From Pseudomonadota bacterium (lineage in GTDB: Bacteria; Pseudomonadota; Gammaproteobacteria; JAKAQQ01): DNA of 64,000 nucleotides. Below are positions 55,949-64,000 of the stretch, one piece after another. Where the stretch lies: NCBI GenBank assembly GCA_027320085.1, contig DAHVLZ010000037.1, positions 1-64,000 of the forward strand, written 5' to 3'. The notes under the pieces are model-generated. The model did not search any database. It was not told where the DNA came from and saw only the letters and a list, made by a program, of their open reading frames with translations. Both the position numbers and the translations under genes were made by a program. The first letter of the stretch is position 1, and each line of letters begins with the position of its first letter.

Positions 55949-56270
55949 AGACCCAGAGCGGGATTGACCAGAACACAAACCCATCGATCCAGTGTGCAAT
56001 TAGTGGTGCCGGAGCCCCGACCTTGGCAGCGTGCACGCTGAGTTGGGCCTGCCAGAGGGTGAGAAAGCAGGCTTGGCCGAGGAGGGCCTGAAGCACAACG
56101 ATGGAGAGAGAGACGAGATGGATCAGGCGCAGCCAGAAATTGCCGATGAAGGACCAGCCCCGAATCCCACCCCAGGGAATCATGATCAGTCCGACCACGT
56201 TGAAGGCGATGATCCCCAGATGGATTACGAGGACAACGATGGCGAGATCTCGGGCTGTGCCAGCGCTCAT
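55875..56270 (-). CDS. DUF2784-like membrane protein
   Basis: A..V...H...I.F...G, RLIHL, ACFLT.W, I.HWI; three TM segments. Confidence 0.75.
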   Translation of the reverse strand: MSAGTARDLAIVVLVIHLGIIAFNVVGLIMIPWGGIRGWSFIGNFWLRLIHLVSLSIVVLQALLGQACFLTLWQAQLSVHAAKVGAPAPLIAHWIDGFVFWSIPLWVFTLIYAAVWIYVVALWWIFPPRRP

Positions 56271-57130
56271 CTATTTGGCCCCCGGGTTGTACGCTCCGGC
56301 GTGTTGCGATCCCCCCCGGTGGCCCAAGTCGTCTGCCATTCGCTGTTTCCCAGCCGGTCCCGAAAGAGGGATAGGAGTTCCGGCCGCAGACGGTCAAGTC
56401 TCTCGGGTAGACCGTAGGGAGCGTTCACAAGAGCGAGTCCGCTACCCCAGAGTCCGCGGCTCCGGGGAATGAGCCAGTCCAGAAAGGAAATCCGGAAAAT
56501 CCGGCTGAGGCGCCGCTTGAGACCCTTCGTCCACTCCGCATCTGCCCAGGGATACCAAGCCAGAAAAACACCTTGCGGAAAACGGTCGCAGGCGTGGGGC
56601 AGGGTCTCGGCGAGCCGATCCGCCTCCGAGACCTGCTCGTAGGGTGGATCGATAAAGATGAGCCCACGTCGTTCAGGCGGAGGTGTGAGCGCGAGAAGTG
56701 CCTCAAAGCCGTCCCGGAGATGAACGCCCGGCTGTCGGCCGAGATGGCGTTTGAGTTCAGCTTGGCGCTGGGGAACAGCTTCGACGAAGGCCAGCCGGTC
56801 TTGGGGGCGGGATAGCCGACGGGCAAGCAAGGGAGATCCGGGATAGCGGGTGAGGTTGACCGCGGGGTTATCGGAAGCCACAAGTGCCCGGTATTTCGCC
56901 AGCAGGGGATCGACCGGGTTGGCTTTCCAAAGGACCTCAAAGCCACGGCGGAACTCCGGGGGCGGGTCCTCTGGAAGGCGATCCAGTTCATAAAGCCCAG
57001 TGCCGGCATGTGTGTCGAGATAAAACCAGGGGGAGGGTTTTTCCGACAGACGTTCGAGCAGGGCGATCAGCACAATGTGCTTGTGGACGTCAGCGAAATT
57101 GCCGGCATGAAAGCGGTGGTCATAGTTCAC
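56267..57130 (-). CDS. rlmJ: 23S rRNA (adenine2030-N6)-methyltransferase
   Basis: NYDH.FHAGNFADVHKH, YLDTHAG.G.Y, YPGSP, DGF, RRGLIFIDPPYE, WYP, GSG....N.P. Confidence 0.93.
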   Translation of the reverse strand: MNYDHRFHAGNFADVHKHIVLIALLERLSEKPSPWFYLDTHAGTGLYELDRLPEDPPPEFRRGFEVLWKANPVDPLLAKYRALVASDNPAVNLTRYPGSPLLARRLSRPQDRLAFVEAVPQRQAELKRHLGRQPGVHLRDGFEALLALTPPPERRGLIFIDPPYEQVSEADRLAETLPHACDRFPQGVFLAWYPWADAEWTKGLKRRLSRIFRISFLDWLIPRSRGLWGSGLALVNAPYGLPERLDRLRPELLSLFRDRLGNSEWQTTWATGGDRNTPERTTRGPNR

Positions 57131-57194
57131 GGAAGTCTCTCCGAACATAGCATCGTATCGCGGGACTCCATCCTCCGGTAAAATTGGGCACCCG

Positions 57195-58847
57195 TTGGAT
57201 TTTCCCATGTCATCCTGCTCACTGTTTAATAACGATCCCCATCTCCCCCCGCTCGGCCCGGAACTCGAGGTTCGTTCCGATCGCCGATTCGCCATCGGCT
57301 TGTTCGTGTTCCTGGCCCTGGTTTACGGCATCGCCATGTTCACCCATGGGCTCATCCCAGCTGAGGAGCCCCGCTTTGCCGAGGTCGTGCGCGAGATGAT
57401 CGCCCGGGGCAGCTGGTGGGTCCCTTGGAAGAATGGCCTGCCCTACGTCGAGTATCCCCCCCTTTATTACTGGCTCTCCATCATCGCCCGGCTGGCTGGA
57501 CTGCCGCTTCGGGCGGCCATCCGGGTGCCGGGAACGATGGCCTTTTTGCTCTGGATCTTCTGGATGGGTCGCTGGGTGAAAAGCGCCTTTCCGAACGTGA
57601 GCCCGACCCTGCCCCGTCTGGCTCTGGCTGCGCTTCCGATCGCCCTTTATAATTTTTTCACGGCCCATACCGACAGCCTCCTAGCGCTCGGTGTGCTTAT
57701 GGCCTATACTGGTTACCTCCGCCATCGGCAGGGAGCGCGCACTCGTTTTCCTTGGGAACTCTGGGGTGGGCTTGCGATCGCCGTCGCGGCCAAGGGTCCA
57801 GTCGGGCTTGCCATCACACTCCCGGCCATGGGTCTCGATCTTGTGGCCTCCACGTCAGGCCTCCAAGTCTTTAGCAAAAAGGGTTGGCATGCGCTTTGGC
57901 AGGGAATCTGGTCCTTGCGGCCGGTTCGTGGACTCACTCTCTCCCTGAGCGTTCTGGCCCTCTGGGCTGTGATGGCCGGGCTTCTCGTGAACTGGGATTT
58001 CGACCGGGCCTTTTTTATCTATCAGAACTTCACCCGTTTCCTCTCGGGGATTGATCACGAGCATGGGCCCTTTCTCTACCTGAAAAGCCTCTGGGGGGAT
58101 TTTTTCCCCTGGGCTTTCCTCTTTCCGTTCGGAATCGTTCTGGCTTGGCGCCGGCGGCATGAACCCGCTTTCCGCCTCTCCTCGCTCTGGGCATTGTGGA
58201 CGATTATTTTCTTTTCAGTCTCGGTCTCGAAGCAAAGCAAATACATCCTGCCGGCAGCTCCGGCCATCGTGATCCTGAGCTTGTCTGCGCTGGGCTGGGT
58301 GTTTGGGAGGCGGGCACGCTTGGTTTCCCGGATCGGGTATGGGATTTCGGTATTTCTTCTTGCCGCGGCAGGTTTTGTTGCGCTTTTCATGCTTCCCGGT
58401 TGGGTCTTTCCCGGTATCGTCCCGACACCAGGAACTATGCGGGGACTGCCGGTCTTGCGCAATTACCTGTTGCGTCACCCGGCCCCTTTTGTGAGTTATC
58501 TTTACCCGGCCCCACCCACGATCTACGCCCTCTACCCACTCCGGCAAGCCCCGATTCCATTCGTCCGCTCGGCCCGTGCCTTGTATGCTGAGGTCCGTTC
58601 CGGCCGGATCAGTGCAGGCAGTTACCTCATTGTGTATCGCAACACGCTTCCTATCCCCGGCCGGAAGCCCACGTCCGTCACCCTGTCGCCGGCACCCAGT
58701 CCCACGTATTTCACCCGTGTCCTTTCGATTCCGGCACAGGGGGGGCTCATCCTCTACCGGGTACGCTCGCAGGCTCGAACGATGCCCCGCCCCAAGACGC
58801 CGACCCCACCCCCCTGGCATTGGTGGGATCAGTTCGATACAGACTGA
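57195..58847 (+). CDS. ArnT/PMT-family (GT-C) membrane glycosyltransferase
   Basis: EEPRFAEVVREM...G.W..P..NG.PY.EYPPLYYW, AKGPVG, FFPW, FFS.S.SK..KYILP; many TM segments. Confidence 0.87.
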   Translation: MDFPMSSCSLFNNDPHLPPLGPELEVRSDRRFAIGLFVFLALVYGIAMFTHGLIPAEEPRFAEVVREMIARGSWWVPWKNGLPYVEYPPLYYWLSIIARLAGLPLRAAIRVPGTMAFLLWIFWMGRWVKSAFPNVSPTLPRLALAALPIALYNFFTAHTDSLLALGVLMAYTGYLRHRQGARTRFPWELWGGLAIAVAAKGPVGLAITLPAMGLDLVASTSGLQVFSKKGWHALWQGIWSLRPVRGLTLSLSVLALWAVMAGLLVNWDFDRAFFIYQNFTRFLSGIDHEHGPFLYLKSLWGDFFPWAFLFPFGIVLAWRRRHEPAFRLSSLWALWTIIFFSVSVSKQSKYILPAAPAIVILSLSALGWVFGRRARLVSRIGYGISVFLLAAAGFVALFMLPGWVFPGIVPTPGTMRGLPVLRNYLLRHPAPFVSYLYPAPPTIYALYPLRQAPIPFVRSARALYAEVRSGRISAGSYLIVYRNTLPIPGRKPTSVTLSPAPSPTYFTRVLSIPAQGGLILYRVRSQARTMPRPKTPTPPPWHWWDQFDTD

Positions 58848-58928
58848 GTCCGGATCCCGCCCCCGGCCGAGCGGTTCAGGGCCGGGTACACTTTAAGGAG
58901 GCCCCGGCCTCAGACCCTCAGACGAACG

Positions 58929-59498
58929 ATGGTTTTCAGTTACTATCACCGGCTTACGCCTCGACAGCGGAAAATCTACGACCGGAGTAACCGGATCGAG
59001 ACCCTGCCGCTGGACCCCGGAGCGATTTCCCAAGAAACCGTGACCAACCTCCGAAATGCACTGGCCAGCGAATCTCGGCCAGCGGTGGAAATAGCAGCCC
59101 AAGCGCTTGCCCAGCTCCTGACGGATGCTTTTGGGAGTCCCCCGGTCAGAGTGCGGGTCCTCGAACGGCGTCCCTCCAACTCACATGGAGAACTCCACGG
59201 TCTCTACGAGGCCGATCAGGTCAGGGCCCGACCACTGATTACAGTCTGGATGCGGACGGTCCAGCGGAGGCAGGTGGTCGCGTTCAAAACCTTTCTCCGT
59301 ACGCTCCTTCACGAGATTGTCCACCATCTCGACTATGAGATGCTCAAGCTCGAGGATTCGCTGCATACCGAAGGCTTTTACAAAAGAGAGTCGAGCCTGC
59401 TTCACCAACTGATCGGGGCGAATGAAGCGGGAGACAGGCCAGCGAAGTCACGGCAGCGATCCCGTGAAGAAGAATCTGGGGCGAGCCCCGGTAAATGA
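58929..59498 (+). CDS. Small zincin-type metalloprotease-like protein (HExxH)
   Basis: [18 protein letters not shown], downstream HTEGFY providing a probable third His ligand. Confidence 0.7.
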   Translation: MVFSYYHRLTPRQRKIYDRSNRIETLPLDPGAISQETVTNLRNALASESRPAVEIAAQALAQLLTDAFGSPPVRVRVLERRPSNSHGELHGLYEADQVRARPLITVWMRTVQRRQVVAFKTFLRTLLHEIVHHLDYEMLKLEDSLHTEGFYKRESSLLHQLIGANEAGDRPAKSRQRSREEESGASPGK

Positions 59499-59563
59499 AA
59501 GGAAGATCCTGATTGAATCCCTGCCAGGGTCGCGGGTCCAGGGTGTCACGATCTGTGAAGGGA

Positions 59564-59640
59564 TGGCGCGCCCGACAGGATTCGAACCTGTGACCCCAGC
59601 CTTCGGAGGGCTGTACTCTATCCAACTGAGCTACGGGCGC
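59564..59640 (-). tRNA. tRNA-Arg (CCG)
   Basis: GCGCCCGTAGCTCAGTTGGATAGAGTACAGCCCTCCGAAGGCTGGGGTCACAGGTTCGAATCCTGTCGGGCGCGCCA; CCA encoded. Confidence 0.96.
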
Positions 59641-59835
59641 ACCCAATCCCCATAGTTTAACGGTTTGTTCACGAGCGGGCTGGAAGGGGCCAACCTCAAT
59701 GTCAAAAAGAATAGGAGCAATTGAAGCAGATGGCTTTCAAGAACGGCTTGACAGCTCGGTCGAGCTGGCGTAAAAAATAAACATACCGTCTGTTTTGGGC
59801 TAGTTTCCCAGCGTTCGCGTGGGAGGTCTACCGGC

Positions 59836-60792
59836 ATGAGCAAGCACAAAGGCATGCAACGAGGGCAAGCCGGGGTCTGGGCCGCCGTCTTCGCCACGTG
59901 TCTTATCTCGACCCCCGCCTTGGCGCAAGTTCGAGCAGGGGTCGGATCCGGGGCTGGCCAGAATCCCCACGAAAATCTCTCAGTGCGGCATACGGTCCCC
60001 TCTCTCATTGTCTTGAGCCCTCGGGAACTCCGGCTGCGCGGCAATATCGCGAAAGGTAATCTCCTCGAATCGATTTCGGAGTATGGAGCACGGACCAGAC
60101 AGGCAGACCCTGTGCTCCGCCAGTTGGCTGAGGCGCAGCCGCGACCCTTGGTTCTCGTCAATGGCCATCGCTGGCTCGCCGATTCCGGCACCCCCCTGGG
60201 CTCAAGTCTCTTGATCCCGGCCTCGACCATCTCCAAGGTCGAAGTTCTTCCACCCGCAACAGATCCGCCAAGCGTCCAGGGCAACTCCTCCGGTGGCGGA
60301 GTGGTCAATGTTATCACCAGCCAGACTTGGTCCACGGCCATGGCAAGCGCCTTCCTCGGGGTCTATGAAACCCCGGGTCATTGGGGAGGTGTGACCCAGG
60401 GCTATAACGTGGGTTTTGCGGTCGGTAACAACCGGGGCAGTGTGATCGTGAGTGCGGGTTACTTAAACGGACAGCCCTATAACGCGCCGGGATTCGGATA
60501 TCCCGGCATGAACCAGTGGTACTTCTACACTCAGGGTAACTACTGGATCAACCGGCATATCGAGCTTTCAGCCTCGCTGTTCTACAGTCGTACCACGGGT
60601 TACGGACCGTTTGGGTATCCCTACGGGTATGGATATGGATTCGGAGGATATGGATATGGGGCCTATTCACCCTGCATGGTATCTGTTTGTCCAGAATCTG
60701 TGGAGACGGCTCCCGCTCCTGCACCACAAAGTCCGGTGAACTGGAATCCGGATCTTGTTCGGGGGCGGCCTCTCATCAATATCCAACACTGA
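59836..60792 (+). CDS. Short secreted protein with a TonB-dependent receptor plug-like domain and Gly/Tyr-rich tail
   Basis: Signal peptide (PALA|Q); LVLVNGHR and IPASTISKVEVL...GGVVNVIT plug signature; only a few beta strands follow; GYGPFGYPYGYGYGFGGYGYG tail. Confidence 0.6.
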   Translation: MSKHKGMQRGQAGVWAAVFATCLISTPALAQVRAGVGSGAGQNPHENLSVRHTVPSLIVLSPRELRLRGNIAKGNLLESISEYGARTRQADPVLRQLAEAQPRPLVLVNGHRWLADSGTPLGSSLLIPASTISKVEVLPPATDPPSVQGNSSGGGVVNVITSQTWSTAMASAFLGVYETPGHWGGVTQGYNVGFAVGNNRGSVIVSAGYLNGQPYNAPGFGYPGMNQWYFYTQGNYWINRHIELSASLFYSRTTGYGPFGYPYGYGYGFGGYGYGAYSPCMVSVCPESVETAPAPAPQSPVNWNPDLVRGRPLINIQH

Positions 60793-61460
60793 ACCGGCAT
60801 GCGCCAGACGCTCCCTCGCGAAGCCGTGGGTGGGGCTTATTTGGGCCTGAGGTCTGGCCCTGTTCCTCAAGTGACGGAGAGAGAAAAGTGCCAGCCACAT
60901 TGCTCTCGATCGATGAAACGCGCGATGGGTGTTCCCTGCCCACTGTTTCGCCAGCCGCTGCTCGCATGGGGACATTCCCTCGATCATCGGACTTGCCTTC
61001 GCTGATCTATTCCTCAAACTGCTGCGCGCACGAATGACAGAGCAGAGATTCGTGCCGATGCGATTGCGCGAGTGCCGGCTGAGCAGTTATTCGGCCACGA
61101 CCTCTTGGTCGCGGTCAGTTTGCTCGCCGTTTGCATTGAGGGCGGTGCGGATCGGGCCGGATCACCTTGACGTGTGTCGATTGGGTCGCATGTACGGTCG
61201 CGACTGCAGACTCGGAAACATGGATGTGATCGGCACACAGTTCACAATCGTGGATACCTGCCGGGCAAGGATGGCGCTGGCAAGTGGCCGTGTCCGCGCA
61301 ACGTCCGGATCTCATGCCCGAAAGACGTAGAGCTGAATTTGCCTCCTCGGCAGGTTGACGGTTCAGCCGCGGAGATGGAGTTGAGTTGATGGAAATGCAA
61401 ATTGCTCGTAGCTATAATGAAAATTGATTCGCCGACCGAGTTCCGCACCGGTAAAGCTGA

Positions 61461-62027
61461 ATGCAGACGCCTCCGAATGAGCCGCCGGTGGAAAATACAC
61501 GAGAGAAGCCGCGGCCCCGAGCCTCCATACTGTTACTGCCGCTCGTCACCTGCGCTGTGATCGCTATTCTTGCGCTGGCAGTGCCGCAAATCATCGGAAA
61601 ACCGACCTTCTGGATCTTTCTGCCGGGATTCTTTGCCGAAAGATCCTCCTGCTCTTCTCTCTGGCCCTATCCGCTTGGCTGACCAAGGGCCGTCTTGTCG
61701 CCTTCGGATTCACCAGGCGAAGAGGTTTTTACCAGAGGGCTGCTTCAGAGCTGGCTCTCTCCGCTGGCACAGTACCGCATTCGCTTGGGGAAGTGGGGGT
61801 TGAGCGCTCCCGTGCTGACGAGTGCTTGTTTCTTCGCTGCGATGCATGTCGTCTTGTGGCCAAAGCTTGGCCCGATGGCTTTCGTTGTCATCATCCTCGC
61901 AGGCATATTGGGTTTGATCGCAGGTCATTATAGGGAGAAAACAGGGAGTCTGATTCACGCGTTTTTTGATATCGGAGGCACGCTTTCTCCTTGGATTTCA
62001 GCCGGGTTGCATCAGGGGCACATCTGA
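61461..62027 (+). pseudogene. Fragmented CPBP (Abi/CAAX) intramembrane glutamic protease
   Basis: Split over two short ORFs; EEVFTRGLLQ, FAAMH and REKTGSL-IHAFFD, where the spacing before the final His motif is shortened. Confidence 0.65.
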
Positions 62028-62241
62028 GGAAGGTGGGTAACCAGGACCTCTCTACGGTTCGAGGGGGGCGGAACTTCGGGATGCGCGGGGAGAGAGGTGA
62101 GCTAGGGTGAGCACCGATCACAGAGCAGGCCTATGTGGCTGCGGCGGTGGCCCATCTCTTTCTGGGTCATTACACGCAACGGAACAGGCCTAGTTGATTT
62201 GTCGGGCTCTGTCACCGACGTCCGGCAAGGTCGGAGAGAGC

Positions 62242-62330
62242 TGGCGGAGAGGGTGGGATTCGAACCCACGTGGCGTTTCCGCCCATCCGATTTCGAGTCG
62301 GCGCCGTTATGACCGCTTCGGTACCTCTCC
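62242..62330 (-). tRNA. tRNA-Ser (CGA)
   Basis: GGAGAGGTACCGAAGCGGTCATAACGGCGCCGACTCGAAATCGGATGGGCGGAAACGCCACGTGGGTTCGAATCCCACCCTCTCCGCCA; long variable arm, CCA encoded. Confidence 0.95.
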
Positions 62331-62338
62331 CGCCTGAA

Positions 62339-62347
62339 ATTTTAACA
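62339..62347 (-). promoter_or_regulatory. Extended -10 promoter element for tRNA-Ser
   Basis: Minus strand TGtTAAAAT ending 8 nt before the tRNA 5' end. Confidence 0.55.
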
Positions 62348-62375
62348 TGCCGCAACGTTTTCCCGGCACTGGGGT

Positions 62376-63302
62376 TCAATGGACGAGCGTGTAATTGAGG
62401 GCAATTCCGGCGAAAACCGCGGCGCCAAACCAGTTGTTGTTGAGAAAAGCAAGGAAACAGCCTTCAGGGGTCCGTTTCCAAGCGAGCATCTGCTCGTAAA
62501 TTGCGAAACATCCGGCAGCCACGAGTCCTGTATCGTAGATCCAGCTCAGCTTGAGATCTCGACCGAGAAGGTACAGACCGAGCAAAAGGAGGAGCTGGAG
62601 CAGAAACACGATGAGGCGGTCGTATTCGCCAAACAGGATGGCCGTCGAACGGATCCCGATCCTGCGGTCCCAAGGGCGGTCCGCCATGGCGTAAAAGGTG
62701 TCATAGACTGTGGCCCAGAGGATGTTGGCCACGAATAGCAGTGCAACGGTGGTGTCCAGCTCTCGGCCGGTTGCCACCCAAGCCATGGGGATCCCCCACC
62801 CGAAGGCGAGGCCGAGATAGGGCTGGGGAAGGGATATCCAGCGTTTGAGGAAGGGGTAGCTCACCATGAGTGCCACACCAATGAGCGCGAGCCAGCGATC
62901 GAGGACAGGCAGCAGGGTCAGGAGGAATACGGCTGGGATCCCGAAGAGGAGGGCAACCAGCCAGGCTTCCCAGGGATGCAGACTACCCTGGGCGAGCGGC
63001 CGGGTTTGTGTTCTCGGTACCCAACCATCGAAGTCGCGGTCGGCAAAGTCATTGATGGCGCACCCGGCACTGCGAGTCAGCCAGACTCCAGCCACGAAGA
63101 TGAAAAACAGGTGAGCCGGCGGATGTCCACGGCTCGCGAGCCAGAGCGACCAGAGCGTGGGCCAGAGCAGGAGCAGGGCACCAATCGGGCGGTTCAGGCG
63201 TGTCAGGCGGGCATAAAGTCCAAGGCGACGGCCTGTAGCTACCAGGGCGGGGTGGGCCAAGATGCGTTTCCTGGTTTGCCGGAGACGACGGGCCAATCTC
63301 AT
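62376..63302 (-). CDS. ubiA: 4-hydroxybenzoate octaprenyltransferase
   Basis: RLNRPIG.LLLLWP, RSAGCAINDFADRDFD, RT..RPLA.G, YPF.KR, YDTFYAMADR..D..IG..STA.LFG. Confidence 0.95.
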   Translation of the reverse strand: MRLARRLRQTRKRILAHPALVATGRRLGLYARLTRLNRPIGALLLLWPTLWSLWLASRGHPPAHLFFIFVAGVWLTRSAGCAINDFADRDFDGWVPRTQTRPLAQGSLHPWEAWLVALLFGIPAVFLLTLLPVLDRWLALIGVALMVSYPFLKRWISLPQPYLGLAFGWGIPMAWVATGRELDTTVALLFVANILWATVYDTFYAMADRPWDRRIGIRSTAILFGEYDRLIVFLLQLLLLLGLYLLGRDLKLSWIYDTGLVAAGCFAIYEQMLAWKRTPEGCFLAFLNNNWFGAAVFAGIALNYTLVH

Positions 63303-63484
63303 CGGGCGTCTTCCGTCCGGTTGTGTATGGTCGGACAATATCCATCCCGGCACTGATAAGCGCCTTCGCATTTTTGTCGATTGCGAGACCTGAGGTCTTC
63401 AGGATTCACCGGATCTCCCCCTCTCCCGTCAGGATTATACGGGAGCAGGATCGCCTGGTCGCTACTTCTTCCCGGTTCCCCAGA

Positions 63485-64000
63485 TTAATCCTTGATGACG
63501 TTTTCCGGTCTTAACCAGTAATGAGAGTGGGGCAATGCAATGGCCTCTTTCGCATCAGGACTGTCGATGTGGACGATGGCAGGCCGAACCTCTCCCCGGA
63601 GCACCCTGAGATCGAACAGTTCGGTGCAACCGGAAGTGATTTCCAGGAAACCGGAGGTATGGCCGGTACGGAGATCCACCAGTGCAATTCCGCACAGGAG
63701 GCGCTTTCCTGTCTCGGCAACCGGGACACCTCCGAAAAGGGCCGTCTCCCGCGCCTGGCACAGGCCGACCAGCGCATGGGGACCGTGAAAGGTGAGCCCC
63801 CGGAGGTATCCCGTCAAGCGGCAGATGACCTCCCGGGATCCATCCCGTGGATCGATCCTCAGGAGTTCGCCTAAGCCGGAGTTCAGTACATAGAGCGCAC
63901 CCTCATGCCAGCGTGGAGAGTGCGGCATGGACAAATCACGGGCTACGACTTCGCGTGACTCGACCTCGATGACGACCCCCCCTTTTGCCTTGTGATCACG
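63485..64000 (-). CDS. TIGR03032/DUF4915-like beta-propeller protein, 3' part
   Basis: Frame open to the window edge: RDHKAKGGVVIEVESREVV..LSMPHSPRWH, LNSG.GEL, GYLRGL, ALVGL.Q.RE...FGG.P, ELFD. Confidence 0.8.
   Translation of the reverse strand, partial: RDHKAKGGVVIEVESREVVARDLSMPHSPRWHEGALYVLNSGLGELLRIDPRDGSREVICRLTGYLRGLTFHGPHALVGLCQARETALFGGVPVAETGKRLLCGIALVDLRTGHTSGFLEITSGCTELFDLRVLRGEVRPAIVHIDSPDAKEAIALPHSHYWLRPENVIKD

Noticed and set aside
61160-61330. Faint PemK/MazF-like words (GHEIR, RP, VPITS) on the minus strand
   Set aside because: They lie in different frames, are too short to be significant and have no antitoxin partner; would need blastx support.
1-64000. CRISPR arrays, IS elements, integrases, rRNA, and the many long antisense or alternate-frame ORFs
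   Set aside because: No spaced direct repeats, transposase, integrase or rRNA motifs were seen by eye; shadow ORFs are expected in GC-rich DNA and overlap well-supported genes.

Overview
GC-rich chromosomal window, most likely from a Gammaproteobacterium (rhodanese-grxC-secB-gpsA, priA-argS-SPOR, tesA/ybbA/ybbP and msh gene orders). From left to right: (1) a nearly complete MSHA-type type IV pilus locus (mshI1 I2 J K L M N E G F ... A C D O P Q, minus strand), interrupted where mshB normally sits by a four-gene cassette encoding a KamA-family radical SAM aminomutase, two Ddl-like ATP-grasp ligases and a GNAT; (2) housekeeping genes (pyrD, gpsA, secB, grxC, envC, three-gene pnt, an ECF sigma module, priA, argS); (3) a sigma70 promoter and a clear fluoride (crcB-class) riboswitch leading a six-gene hydrogenase-4-like operon whose large subunit lacks all Ni-Fe cysteines (Ehr-type complex), ending near tRNA-Ile2; (4) haem, lipid and tRNA-modification genes and two divergent outer-membrane barrels; (5) a decayed islet between tRNA-Arg(CCG) and tRNA-Ser(CGA), then ubiA and a partial TIGR03032-type gene. 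The two best candidates for poorly described systems are the fluoride-riboswitch-led Ehr complex, which has no fluoride exporter in its operon, and the aminomutase/ATP-grasp/GNAT cassette embedded in the pilus locus. All family calls come from motif recognition by eye; no database searches were run.
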